A stretch of DNA of 64,000 nt from Eutreptiella sp. 'Long Island Sound 2002' (Eukaryota > Protista > Euglenida), in contig OZ038378.1 in NCBI GenBank assembly GCA_964036045.1, positions 24,862,001 to 24,926,000 of the forward strand, read 5' to 3'. Position 1 is the stretch's first letter; each line of letters begins with the position of its first letter. The notes under the pieces were generated by a model, which saw only the letters and a list, made by a program, of their open reading frames with translations, had not been told where the DNA came from and ran no database searches. Of the stretch, positions 1 through 17,124 are shown one piece after another. A program made the position numbers and the translations under genes.

Positions 1-261
1 CCCTCTGCCTCACAAAGAATCCGAGGTCAAGTGGCTCAGCTGTCATAGCACATGAAGCCTGACAAAGAGATACTGAGTCCCAGATGGGGCTAAGTCGTCT
101 GAGGCGCGAGGGTGTCCTCAGTGACTCCATGCCGGAAGGGACTAATAATGGTGCGCTGGTGCTCGGAGACCATCCGGGTGTCCTAACTCTACCTCCGCCT
201 CTCTGCCCTTAGCCCATTCGCTGTACCTACACCAGCGAATCTCACACCCCATGTACCGTGC

Positions 262-530
262 ATAGCAAAGCCCTGTTGGTATCCCCTGTGCTTTGCCTTA
301 ACACAACCTGACCCCCACCTGCTGTGCTCTGCCTCCCAAAGCCTTTGCTCATGGCCCCTGTGCTGTGCGCAAAAGCCCTGCCCATACCCCATGTGCCATG
401 TGCCCTGTGCCCTATCCATGCCCCATCCTGTGTGTACCAAAGCCCTGCCCAGAACCAGCAAAGCCCTGCCACCCCCCCCTGTGCTTTGCCTTCCAAAGCG
501 AACCCCTGCCCAAAGCCCCTTTTTTGCACT
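262..530 (-). repeat. Degenerate low-complexity repeat (CAAAGCCCTG / CCCCTGTGCTTTGCC motifs); minus strand reads as G(Y/F)xQGF peptide repeats
   Basis: Recurring AAAGCCC motifs at irregular spacing. Minus-strand translations give KRGFGQGFA, MGYGQGFCAQHRG and KHRGYQQGFA in different frames. Confidence 0.4.
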
Positions 531-1232
531 GTGGCTCCCAGCTATCCGGATGGGGCTTCCCGGATCACATAAGCGTTGACGTGCTGACAGGAATGTTTCA
601 TTTGCCACCACCTTTCCTACGATACAACGTTATGCACATGTTGTTGGACCTGGAATTGCTTTGCCCGTTGGATGTACTTCTCAGTTTCTACAGTTTCCAT
701 TTTGCGAGTGCCTGCGTCCGTTTGGCTGGGCCTCTCAGTTTCATTGGGCTCTAGTCACTGTTTTCCTGAGCAGCTGATGTTCCTTTCCATTGGCATGCCT
801 CCTGATGTGTTTGGTGATCCCAAGTAATAGGGAGAAAATAATGACAAAAAAAATTGGCAAAGAAATGGTCTGGGCCAAATGCTACGTGTTATCAGGCACG
901 CAGTTGTCAATGGTGTGCTTCAGATGACAGTTACATCTGTGGTGTGCTATGCAAGCGTGTACCACGAAAACTCACTGCGTGCTCAGTCAAGGTGCCATCC
1001 CACTGTTGCAGTCATTGAAACACATTGTTCCTGGACATCAAAGCATCTGCAAATAATTGTGAAGCATCCAGTATATATGCGAACCAGCTTTAGTGTGGCA
1101 CGGGGGCTTTGCCAGGCGCTCTGAGCCCACAATAACCAAGAGAGGTTGTCAAAGAGATGGCATACTTAACCAAAAAAATGTAGACAATATTGATGGAGCC
1201 TTAGATTATGTTCAGAGACTGAAGGGTGTCTG

Positions 1233-3503
1233 TCAATACCTCCTATCACCAAAGGTCGTATAAATGAACAGTTTGAGCATGTCACTAACATGAAGGGGTC
1301 CACGAAGTTGCTGTTGGTTGCCGAAAAATTTTGCTACCCCAAAGCCGTGGTCCATGTTCATCTCCTCTCTCCGCACACACTCTGCCCGGGTGGTGATGTA
1401 GGCAGCCACACTGTCTCCGAAATTGGAGGTAGACGTCCACAGAGTCTGCAGATTGTCTAAGACATCGTCTAGTATGTGTTGTGGGATGGTAGGCGAGGAA
1501 CTGGTCAAATCTTCACTACTTGAGGAACTCGGCAAATCCGGCAAGCAGTCCGTGTCAGGGGTATTGTGTTGGGTCCAAATCCGTGACCGAAGCCCATGAT
1601 ATTGTGTGGGAGACTTTGAACGGTGGTCTGTTATGCACGGTCCCAGCAGTAGTCCTTGAGATCTCAGAAAATTAGCCAAGAAAGTCTCTTGAAATCTGAA
1701 AGGATCCAAAATCATTCCGAATGTGTCTGAGTTGAGCGATGCCATTTTGCACGAAGCGGCGCTGAACGGTTTATCGTGTTGGTGGAGTTTCATGGCCACT
1801 GCCATAACACGTCGCGAGGGTGTCAAGTGTCCCGGTCCTAGGGTCCCCCTCCCCCCCTTGTCCAAGCACAGCCAATGTAAAAAAAAACAACGCCCACACG
1901 GGATCTTCGTGCTTGGATAAGCCTGTGCTTGCGCACAACACACAACACAAAACGACACTACACTGAGAAAACATGCCTTTTCCCCACACCAAGCACAATT
2001 CTCATCTGTTTTGCTGTGGTTTCCAGCCATGAATAAAGTTGCTATCGCTGGCTTGGGTGTCACTTACATCCAATGCACTGGTGAGCATGCACCTGCCACC
2101 ATTGTTGGTTCTTCTACGCGTGGCGATGACTTCATTCATTTGAAAGACACAAGGAATGGGCATGAGCTTGAGCATCATGCCCCTTTTGATCGTGTTTGCT
2201 TCCCAATTCATATCCCATCCCCATCACCATTAGAGGCAGGTTCGGAGGCCTCACCAACACGAGGGCGGCACAACCTGCAGCCAAGCTTGCTCCCGAAGCC
2301 TGCCCCAAAGGGGAAGCATGTGCAACTGCCTAAGATGAAGCACAGGGGGGGCGACCCCTCGGTTCTGGACGCCAACTACCCCCCCAAGTAACTGTCGGCC
2401 GGAGGCCCCCTTTGGGGGGGGGGGGGGGGCTTGGGAGGGGGGGGGTTCTGGGAGGGCTGTTGATGGGTAGTAACTACACTAGGACCATGCAGAATTTTGC
2501 CTACACATTGTGTTCTAGTGCCAGGGTTGCGGTACAAATCAGAATAATGTTGTGAGTAAGAGGAACCATCACAAACATGACCTAGCCCCTGGCACCCTCT
2601 ACAATCAGCACACAATCACCAAGCATTGAAATTCTGACCATCAAAACCACGGTCTGAAAAAACCATCAAAACAATGGTCATACGGGGTCTTCGTGCTTGG
2701 AAAAGCATATGTTTGGGGAGGGTGGTATAATGACGGCTATCTTGATCAAGCTCAATGAGTTGTTTGGTCGCTTCCTTACCATCTTTGGCCAAGATTTATA
2801 GCAAAGAGGAGCAGGAGTAAATTGATCGTCGTAGGATATCCTCGTGTTGGGCCTCGGATGAACGACAGTGGGTTTTAGTCGAAGGAGCTGTACCTTGTTG
2901 TACTAGACAGTGTCGGTTCATGGCTTCTTGTTCCAAGTGCCAGAAACGAAACTGCTCGGTGTCATGGAACTGCTTCTGCAACTGCAGTCGTTGTCCCCCC
3001 TCCTCGAACATCAAGTGTTGAACGGCGAGGAAGCAGCGGGCGTCCACGGCTTCACAAAGTATGTTGCACCTGACACTGGACAAACGGGCTTTGAATGCCT
3101 TGATGTAGCCCAAATTCTTGTAAAACTTGGCAGTTTCTATCTTTCTTGTTTTTTTTTTCTGGAAGACATTGTTGTGTGCAAAGGTGACTTGCGTACTTGT
3201 GAAAATGGTACTTGGAAATGATGGTAGCCCCCAAGACAACCATGGTTGTTGCACCAAATTTGCGGAACAATTTAGTGCTAGTTGGCTGCATGCCACAAGG
3301 TTCCCCACAACATTCGTACCATGCCGTGTTCCGTGAGGGTGGGGTTGGGAGATTGAGGGCTGTAAGGGTCCTGTAGGGGCCGGCCTTGTGGGGGGGGAGG
3401 GGGAGGCTTGGGGTCTGGATTGAACTGCGAGAGGTGTGCAATCCGCGTTGAGGGGTTTTGGGGAGGGGGGCATTTTGGTTGACTGAACATGTTCCAACAA
3501 CAC
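1233..3503 (-). pseudogene. Decayed Cys/His-rich coding relic, possibly a gag/ORF1-like region of an old retroelement
   Basis: Fragments 2796-3503, 2376-2615 and 1233-2063. Peptide PSTK(T/I) recurs three times. CRGCQGLGHVCDGS resembles a CX2CX4HX4C knuckle, and there is a CAWC...CVVC...CGRCFFLHWLC cluster. Broken by stops and frameshifts. Confidence 0.3.
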
Positions 3504-3933
3504 CGCAACCCAAACGGCTAACTAGGACAGTCCTCTTGTTCTTGCACACTCACACCACTACCGCATCAAGGTCTCCAATAGCAGAGACCACCAAGAATGG
3601 CTACTGAATCCTCACCGCATTGGGGTTCCTAAAAGTGGAGAGGAGCAAATGGCTATAGAACCCTGAACATAGCATACATATATGGTATATGTAATCCCCC
3701 CCCCGTCCCTACCTCCCCCCATCCCCCCCCCCGGGGGGTCTATGGGCCTACACGGGGGCGAAGGCCCCGAAAATGCAAGAATAACATCCCTTAACACCAT
3801 ATGCCACCCTTTCACCCGTTTACCCCTCCCCTTTTCGCGTGGATCAAAAGAATTGTAGACGGTGATTTGTAGACACTGCTTGCCCCATGTGGACACATTC
3901 TGCCCATTGTAGACACCGTCGGCATGTTGTAGA

Positions 3934-4100
3934 AGGCGGTACACACACAAGGCGGCACATACACAAGGCGGTGCACACACACGGCGGTCTGTAGCCACCG
4001 TTGTTATTTAAGTGGGGGATGCAGAGGTTGGCCCCCCGCGTCGAGCGCAGCAAGCCATAGCGTGGTAAGGATTAGCGGTGCACACACAAGGCGGTGCATA
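3934..4100. repeat. ~16-bp minisatellite-like motif (ACACACAAGGCGGTGC)
   Basis: About 4 copies at 3934-3990 and about 1.5 more at 4076-4100. Confidence 0.6.
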
Positions 4101-4319
4101 CAAACCTGCTAATATTCGGGCCGGGGGGCCCTGTCCAGAACACGGGATGCTCAGGGCGTTTACCCGTGCTAAAAGAAGGCGCGCGTGCGCGCACACACAC
4201 ACACGCACATCCTCTAATCTACACCCCTCTCCCCAACCCTCGGTGGCTCCACAATATGGCTCTAGGGTACGTGCGAAGTGTACAACTTGGTGCATACATG
4301 TGGCGGAAGGGGCTAAAGA

Positions 4320-4720
4320 GGGTCAAAACGGGCTCAAAATGAGCTCATTTCACTTGTTTGTGCACCCCAAATGGTGTAGGATCACTTTTGGAGAAACGCG
4401 TTTTTGACCAAAAACCCATTGTTGGTCCCAAAATGGCCCATTTTCAAGGCATTTTGGGATTTTCAATGGCCCAAAACGCATCACCACGGGCTCAAACCGG
4501 CCTAAAAGCAGTTGTTCGAGCATCCTAAATGGTTCAGGATAACTTTCATAAAACCGCGTCTTTGACCAATTTTTGACCCGTTTTTGCTCCGAAAACAGCC
4601 CATTTTCAAGGCATTTTCAGATTTACAATGGCCCAAAACGTGTCACCACGGGCTCTGAATAGCCTGAAAACACTTGTTTGAGCATCCCAAGTGGTCTAGG
4701 AACAACTTTGGAAAAAACAA
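4320..4720. repeat. ~160-bp degenerate tandem repeat, about 2.5 copies
   Basis: CCCATTTTCAAGGCATTTT at 4437 and 4599. CA(C/G)TTGTT motif at 4351, 4509 and 4671. Confidence 0.7.
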
Positions 4721-5261
4721 CTTCGGCCAAGTTCTTGCACTGCGTGCGCACTGCGTGCATACTGCGCACACAGAGGCTGGGATACTCACCCAAGAATACC
4801 TGTCACTTGTCTAGTAACACAGCGAATCAGCAAAGCCCACATGAGAACAATGAAAGTGCCTTCAAGGGCCTTCAAGGGCGCCAAACATCCACATACAGAA
4901 CTACATGCATCTACACATGCATAAGTTCATCAATGTGTAATTGTACCTTGCCATTTGTGTTTTGGGAGCTGATCATGGCGAGCATCCTCAAAGCTTTCAA
5001 ACATGATTTCCTTGGGGGGTTCTGGGAGGGGGGGTTTTTGGGAGGGGCGCCGGGGAGGGCGGTTGCCCGGGGGGGGGGGGGGTGTCGGGCACCTCCGAAC
5101 AGCTGGGTATGCGGCCCAGGTGTGATCCGACAGTTCGCACCGCCCCTTCCCACAATAGAGGGTAGGGTATCATCGGCTTGGGTATTCCCAGCCGCACTGC
5201 GAACCTCAGGGGGGTGGGCTCCTGAGGCGGCCATGGGATTAGAGTTACACCATGCCACAAG

Positions 5262-9528
<4,267 letters not shown>

Positions 9529-9530
9529 TA

Positions 9531-9566
<36 letters not shown>

Positions 9567-9690
9567 TGTATGTATGTATGTATGTATGTATGTATGTATG
9601 TATGTATGTATGTATGTATGTATGTATGTATGTATGTATGTATGTATGTATGTATGTATGTATGTATGTATGTATGTATGTATGTATGTA
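9529..9690. repeat. (TA)5 followed by (TGTA)38
   Basis: Read directly. The TGTA tract 9539-9690 is 152 bp. Confidence 0.95.
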
Positions 9691-12600
9691 GGGTAGACAG
9701 AAGTAGTAGTCAGGGAAAGGGTTCAGGTATAGTTACAATAATAGGGGCTCCTGCTCCTCTCTCCAAGTAGGTAGGATACCATCCATTACGGTTTCTACTC
9801 CTTTTCAGGTTTCGACAGAATACGATGTCGGAGCGAGACTAGGAGTCAATCGGACGCCTCCCTGCTGGGGGGGCTCAGAGGAGAATCCATCAAGCAGGAG
9901 TTCATCTCCCTGGGGTTCCATCATGGGAATATCAGGTGGTCAAAGGGGTATTCAACCTGGGGTTCTAACTCGGGTACTTACATGGGGATCAGAAGATCAA
10001 AAAGGTGGGGTACAATCAGGGTGGTATCTTGGGATCAAACTGGTATTCCACCTGGGATATGATCGGGGATTCATACTTGGGATCCATCTGGAGCACCCTA
10101 AGAACAACAATCCGGGTTCAATCAGGGGTACAAACTGTGAAGTGTCTGGGAATCGGTCACTTCATCATAGTCACTGAAATAGGCGACGGAGACCAAACCG
10201 CGACCGAGCTGGAGCAATCCCCAGGGGACGGCTCTGCTGAGATGGGCCCGGGGCCTGACACGGCTCCTACCCTCCCTCCACTTCCTCCTTTGGCCTCTGC
10301 CATTGAGAGCGGCGCCGTGTCTCGGGAAGATGCGGGTCAGCTGTGCACGGTGGCGGGGCCTTTGGTTGCTGTGGGGGGGGGGGGCGTGCGGGCCGGGGAC
10401 GGATTTATCACAGGGGTCGCTGGAGGTGAAGACGGCACCGGGGTGACCCCTGCCCCGCCGGCAGACGATGTACAGCACCGCTGGCCTCCCCCCCTGGGAG
10501 CAGCGGTACAACAATGTCGGTTTTTATTTTGTAGCAACATGTCCGCCACACAATGTCGGACTCTGCAGATGAATCTCAGTTATGTTACCCCCTCCTCCCC
10601 TCTCACCCATTGGATCACGGGTCTCCTCCTCCCTTCCTGATCGTTTTGCATCCACAGAGGACTGGGACTCCGGAGTGACAGTTCCATCACGATAGAGGTC
10701 CCCCTGTCATGGGGGGACCCGGAGACTTAGACCATGTGTAGGCAGAAAAGTCCCCTTAACCCCCCACACGCTCTTGACCTCTTCCCCGAGTGAGTATCTC
10801 ACAATTTTTCTATTTTCTGGGGGCCGCAGGCAGCGCCGCTTTGAAACATTTTCTTTTTTATTTTCATCTGGGACCATTATTTCTGAGTTAAAGTGTGCTG
10901 CCTGTAAGCTGGGTGCCCGGGTAGCCAGGGTTCAGTTTCAGCCCTACAGGGGGGGGGAAAGAGGACACCTGGGCAACCAAGAGGTCTGAAAGAGCGTCGT
11001 GGGTTCTAAAAATAAAAAGCTGTAAGATTCTCTCTGCCCTCCCCGCCAGGGCAACCCCCTCCTTGCCTGCCCCCAAGCTTCGGCTTCCACACATTTGACT
11101 GTGACAGGTCAGGGAGTAGATAACAACTCGGAAAATTTTATTTTTTCTGCGAGCTGCTGCACCTATTTCAGACACTGGGAACAGTTTCCAGATTGCTTCT
11201 GGTTTCTCATGCGGTGATGACATAGACAGCGTCAGCCAGAAAAGTCTGTCAGCAGTCAAGGGCACGGGCTGTCACTGTGTTTTGTTTTTCATTTGCGCGA
11301 CTGCCTGATGCGGTTCTTCACACCCTTCAGGAGCCTACGGGCCTATAGCGCTTGGTTTTTCCTCACTTTCATTGTTGGTCGTCAGTTGTCTGCGTCCGCC
11401 GTTAGGCTGTTGGGAGGGCAAGGTAGGGAGGTATGGGACACGAATCAGGAAAGGAGGTAACTAAGAAGTGGGGGCCGTGTGTGATTGAATCATAGACAAG
11501 CCGTTACAATTCTGATTTGTCGTGACGTGCAGATAGTGAGTATCGACGTCCCAGAATGACAAAAGCTGATATCACTCGCAGGGTAATTACATCCGACAAT
11601 GACAGCATCTATGACGCGCAGATAGTGAGTATCGGCGTCTGTGGGAAGTGTGGGGTATGCCAGACAGAGCGCAACTGCCTGAGGCCCAGGGGCATGCAGA
11701 TAGTGAGTATCGGTGCCTGTACCAGTCCCACAGAGGTAATCTTTTTGGTTTTCTCTCCACTCCACATGTTCAGCCCCATGACAACTATTTCTCTGGAGTT
11801 TGGTCACATTCAAAAAGGGGGCACCCCTACAAAATTGCGATGGTTACCCACTCATGGGGACCCTGTAGAAGAACCAGTGGGCCTGTGGGTTCAACCAGAC
11901 AGCGTCAGGGCCAGGATCATGACAATGTGTATTCTGGCCGGGTCCATTGACAACACTGTGTTGGATGAGGTCCTCAAACTGCGTCCCGATATCAAGACTA
12001 ATTCCTGGAGTTCCCTGGTGGACAAGTTGCCGGATGGTGCTGAGAAGGACATCTGCCGCCAGGTTGTCAAATCCAAGAGAGTACCGGAAAGCTTCTCAAA
12101 CATCTCCTCAAAATACTCCCTTTTGGATGCCATGCTGGCCACCATTGCAAAAGTCTCAGACAGACCCATGCTTACCGAGTGTAGCACTGCACGTCTCAAT
12201 GCCAAGTCCGAACTTCGCTCTATCTGGTCAGCCTTTTACAAGGAAATTTTTAGTGAATCAGACGCTCTCTCAGAAGCTCAAGATCAACCCACAGACGTAG
12301 TCCCGCAGGAACAAGGTTCGGAGTCCGCTGATGTCTTGGGTGCTATGTCCCTGGTCAACACCGTTGATGATCTTTCAATCAATGAGGAAGATAAACTTCA
12401 GTCCTTGGTCGCTGAGATGTACAGTGAGGATGTTCCTGTTGAAGTTTTGCTGTTGGCAGCCTCGGGGAGCAGGAGTAATATTTTGCTGAGGTTGAAGTCA
12501 GCCACACCGGTTGAGGGCAGGTTCTGGAAGGGTGTCATGGTAGCGTTGCTCAAGTGGATGCGTCCTCTTAGGCAGGCAGAAGAGGAAGGGCATCGCCTGC

Positions 12601-14387
12601 AAGCCAAACTAGCTGCAGAGGCTAGTAGAAAACGCAACGTTATTTCCAGTCCTTCTTCAGGTGCAGATGCGTCCAAGCCCTCTCCGTCCAAGCCAAAAAA
12701 CTCCAAGAAACCGCGGGTAGAGGGAGTAGTCAGGGCACTAACGCTGGATGAAACGGCTTTCACTGCACAGGGCAGTAACTCCGCTGAGCCACGACAGGCT
12801 AGTGCCTCCATCTCTGATAAAGTTTCACCGCCGGTACAACAATGGCAAGCTGGGTCTGGGCTCGGCAAAGTTATTGTTGAGAAGTTGCAGTCCACCACGG
12901 ATCGTTTAAAACCTATTCTGCTCACTGGGTTTGAACATACTGATGCCCTTGACTCCTTTTTGGGTTGTGAAGCTGCCTTCGGTCAGTTGTCTCTCGACTA
13001 CAGAGTCTATCGGGACATGCTGTCCCAATTTGGTGAGGTTGTCATGTTTGTTCCGTCCAGCAGACTAGATCCCATCCTGGGAGGTAAGTACCGCGACAGC
13101 TTGCGCATCAGAGCATCCAGGGACCCACTGGGCCGCTCAGACCTCATTGAGGTGAAGGAATTACAACTGGTTGAAGGACTGCGAAAAAGTGGCTCTCATA
13201 TTCCTCAGCCTGCGCCTGCCAAAGAGGCTCCAGTGAGTACACCTGTTTCAGGTCTGTTTCTCTCGCCCTCTAAAATGCAATCCCCGGTGTGGTGTCTGTT
13301 TCTGCCCTTCTCCCCCTCTCATGCCTTCATGTCCATGTGGGGTTGGGGCTTTCAACGAGAGTTAGGGGGGATCATTAGATTCCATTCTCCCCCGCCTGGA
13401 ATGCCTGATGAACTCAGGGAGGTTGTGTCTGCTCACGCCATCTGGGGTCTGTCCAAAGTTTACGATGCCGCAGTAAAATATACCATGATAGGAGAGGATG
13501 ACGACTCGCCGGAACACTGGGTCTCGGCTAAGGAGTGTGTAGAACTAGCAGTGAAACACCGAGATCATAGGTTCTACGACGTGCCTGAATGGGCGGCTGA
13601 GGAGTTTTCAAAACGCAAAACGCTTACCAAGGTCAACAAAGTACGTAAGAAGCTAAAAACGGGGGACTACTCTAAAGTGTCCTCAATTGCCCTAGGCCTT
13701 GACGCATCGTGGGGTCGGTTGGCCAGTGACTGGGTTCCCCCTCCTACGGTTGAGCGCAGTGATGCAGAACACCATCGGGATTTGATATGTGGTGATCGAA
13801 AAGTGTCAGTTTGCCGCATCATGAGTCCTCAATGGACAGGCTTAACTAAGAAGGTAGAAACGGTGGGGTCCAGACACGTGGCTTTGCTCGGTGTTCCCTC
13901 ATCACCTGCGGATGCTACCATCGTAAGGTCAGCAACCATGGCGTGTGGCGATACTAAATTTCACATGTGCACCAATGCAGTTGTTTTGGGCCGGATGGGC
14001 CTGTTGGCGGCCCCAGTCCCTATGAATTTTGTTGAACCGGAGTGCGTTCTTCCCCTTTGGGTGGTGGTCATTTCTTTACAATGGGGACGACAGCACCAAG
14101 TGCTAGTCAAGTCAGGAAAGGCAGTGGCAAGACACCGCAAAGAGATTGTGGATGACACTGCTGGGTGGTGGCAGGATGTCTGCAGAGTGACTGAGTGGGA
14201 TCCTCTGTCTCGGGGATGGCGGACAGAAAAAGTTCTGTGTTGATGCGTCCCGCAGGAAAGTGTCATGATGTTACATGTCCGGCTCAATTGGACCCCCCCT
14301 CAGTGGTCGTTGCAGTACTATGAAGTGCAAGCGTGGAGCTCCACTGCTATTCCTGAGTCTGCCACCCCTGTTGCCTTACCGTGGGGC

Positions 14388-15000
14388 TGCCTGTCTGCTA
14401 ATGTTCAGGGGTTAAATAGGTCAGTTGAAATACGCAGGACCAAGTGGGATGAAGTGGTTGAGATGTGTGTCACCTCAGATGCCAAGGTGCTGTTCATTCA
14501 AGAAACCCGGGGCTCAATGAAAAAGCTAGACAGGCGACACATTGATGGCTTTTGGCATCGCTCCTCTGATCACTGCGATGTTGGTAAAGGCCTAGAAGTT
14601 TGGGTTTTGTCATCCTGGGCACAGCTCAAAACTGTTGTTCTGGATACTGACCACTCTTTTCTTGTGGTGGTCCACAATGCCTGGGGCTTGGGGGTCCTGG
14701 GTAGCGTCCACATGGCACAGAGGTCTGACGAACTGTTATACAATCAACAGTTGGTGCATCTGATTTTCGGTCTCCAACGGCTACCAGTGTCGTGGCTCAT
14801 CGTGGGGGGTGACTGGAATAGGGACATCCGCACACATAAATTGTCAGTTGCCCTTCTTAAGTTTCTGGGTGCCCGAGTTGCGTTCATGCAGGGGAGGGTT
14901 CATCTTCCCAAGGACTTTTGCATTATAAAAGGAGTCTCGGGGCAATCCTGCGGTATGTGGCTGAGAGAGGTTGGCGACCACCCAGTTGTTTGGATTCGAG
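14388..15000 (+). other. APE-type (EEP) endonuclease domain of family A
   Basis: Motifs CLSANVQGLN, VLFIQET, WLIVGGDWNRD and VGDHPVV correspond to the NxxG, QET, GDFN and SDH motifs of LINE endonucleases. Confidence 0.85.
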
Positions 15001-15659
15001 GGTGTCAGACAGCAAGGGCAGGAGCCACAGGATCTTTGATGCGCCCAGTTGAACCTCGCAATTGGGACCATGACAGCAGAGTGATTTTTTCCAATCTCAT
15101 GGAAGCCATGAGTCTCGGCATCAGTGATGCGTCTAGCTGGCTGCAGGCCTATAGAGAGTGTATCTCAGTCGTCAACCAAGTGGTGAGTAGTCCTAAATCT
15201 GAAGAGGTCCACTCGGAGCTGAAATCAGTAGTTGCGTCTCTCAAGGCCATCACAGGCGGCCAGGGCTGGAGAGTGCAGCGCTCCCTAGACTTCAGATTGT
15301 CCTCCAAATAATGGTCTACGGTGATTAGTGACTGGAAAGCTGTGTCAGGAACAGGGCTCACGGGGCGAACCATGAAGGTGCTGAAGTTACAAGCAGCAAA
15401 CCCGTTCATTGCGTTACATCAGGTAACGGACACATCCTCTCAATCTCTGGTGATGGGTAGGGACATCCTGCAGGTGTTGCCCAGGGAGTGTGTCCTGAAA
15501 TACCCTGTGCGTTCCACTATTGTTCCTCCTGAGTGGGTTCAGTCTGTCATGCGCCACAGGTATGTGCTGCACCTCACCCCTGTTGCAATCGAGGCCCGCA
15601 GGTACCTGATTCTCTCACAAGTGATGCAGGTCTCAGTAGAGTCCCTGTTGCGTATCCGG

Positions 15660-16620
15660 CACAAACTGACCAGTGCGACGGCAGGGGTTGATGGTTTTAT
15701 ACCAAATCTAGTGAAATGGATGGGGCTGGCGTCCCTCTTCCGAGTGACTCAGATACTCAGACTTCCCTTTGATCAGTGGCCTTTGGAGGTTTTCTCGGCT
15801 CTACACCTTACACTAAAAAAATCTGCGGGTGACAATGTCAATGTCAATACTAGGCCTATTAAACTTCTCTCCGCCCTATTTCGCATACATGCTAAAATGT
15901 ATGCCCCTTTGATTCAGCTGGCCACAGCACCAAGTGAGTCTGGTTGTAGACAGTATGCAGGGTTTAAAGGGTCTTCCGCACATGCTGTGCGCCGCATGCT
16001 ACACACAGTGATCACCCAATCCTTGGCGGTGCGAGGTGATGTTAAGACGATGTTTTTGGATTTCTCTGGTGCCTTTGATGAAATCAACAGGCAAGCCATT
16101 CTGAGGGTTGCTGATATGTATCCGTTTTTACGTGGAGTTGTGCATGAAGTGGTTCATCACTACATGTCCTTCAGGCAATACGTAGTTTCTGCCCTGGGCC
16201 TATCAGAGTCGTATTGTCAAGTGGAGGGTGTCCTTCAAGGGGGGGGTTTGGATCCACTTTTTTACATACTTGCGGTTAATTTGATACATCTTGCCATGCG
16301 TCAACTGGGGGTTGGGGTTCCGGTATGTGTTCCTCCCTCGGTAGAAATGATTGCTTCTCTGGGCTATGTAGACGACAGAGTGGGGTTTTCTAGCATAGAC
16401 GACAGACAGCGAGTGGCCGACCGCCTTCGAGTTATTATTGAGTGCGTCGGACAACGCAACAATAGCTCCAAAATGAACGTTCAAGTACTTCAGGTCAAGC
16501 AAGGCTCAGTCTGCAGTGTCAGCAAATCGGTCGTCCGGGACGACAAGCCAGTGTGGTCCACCAGTAGACACCAACACATAAAATTCCTGGGGGGAAACGC
16601 TAATATTTTAGGAGGGTTCC
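15660..16620 (+). other. Non-LTR reverse transcriptase domain of family A
   Basis: TRPIKLLS, QYAGFKGSS, FLDFSGAFD, GVLQGGGLDPLFY, LGYVDD (16365-16376) and KFLG occur in canonical order. Confidence 0.92.
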
Positions 16621-17124
16621 CTACCATCAAAAAAGTCATTACAAGGTGGTCTCGAACGGTCATCAGCAGGCTGCGAGGGTGGCCCGTGTCGGTGGGTGTG
16701 GCACACACTGTGATAGAAGGACTTGTAGTCAACAGGCTTGTGTTTCGCTGCTGTGTGAATGTGCCAACGGACGTGCAAATCAGTTCAGTGACAGGGTCCA
16801 TATGCAGGGTGTACAGACTGGTCTTTGGGTTGGCTCCCAATACTCCACGTGCCTGCATAGTTTCCATTCTAGGAAGAGCTGCCCCAGATCATGTCCTTTG
16901 GGTCACAGTCATCAATGAACTGTTTAAGTCTCTAAATGGGCCCAACGCCCTGCTGGCCCAATCTGCGTGGGCACACTGGTCGAACCCGTGCCTACATCGC
17001 TTTGACAGCGACTCTCAGCGCATTCAGTCCAGGCTTCAAAGCTTGGGCATTCAGTTTCGCAAACTCGGGACAGGTCAAGGGGCTAAGTGGTGTGTGAAAC
17101 CGCCTCGGGGGGATGCTTTTCCTA

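Noticed and set aside
2410-5080. Poly-G tracts as a G-quadruplex system
   Set aside because: Such tracts are common throughout the window with no positional pattern, and homopolymer lengths may be unreliable.
9691-9810. HDV-like ribozyme starting at the A1 5' end (GGGTAGA pairing with TCTACTC)
   Set aside because: The pairing is broken in A2-A5, and no P1.1, L3 or J4/2 consensus is present.
10700-10730. GDPET as a 2A self-cleaving peptide
   Set aside because: Does not match DxExNPGP and is followed by a stop.
10888-11265. Antisense 125-aa ORF seen in A1-A4, and other recurrent short antisense or overlapping ORFs
   Set aside because: Recurrence reflects copy identity. No motifs, a non-ATG start, shortened in A4 and deleted in A5.
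11529-11712. 17-bp repeats with unique spacers as a mini-CRISPR
   Set aside because: Only three short non-palindromic copies with unequal spacers, lying inside a LINE ORF.
14241-14243. TGA as the genuine ORF1 stop
   Set aside because: Private CGA>TGA change in A1. The other four copies have an Arg codon.
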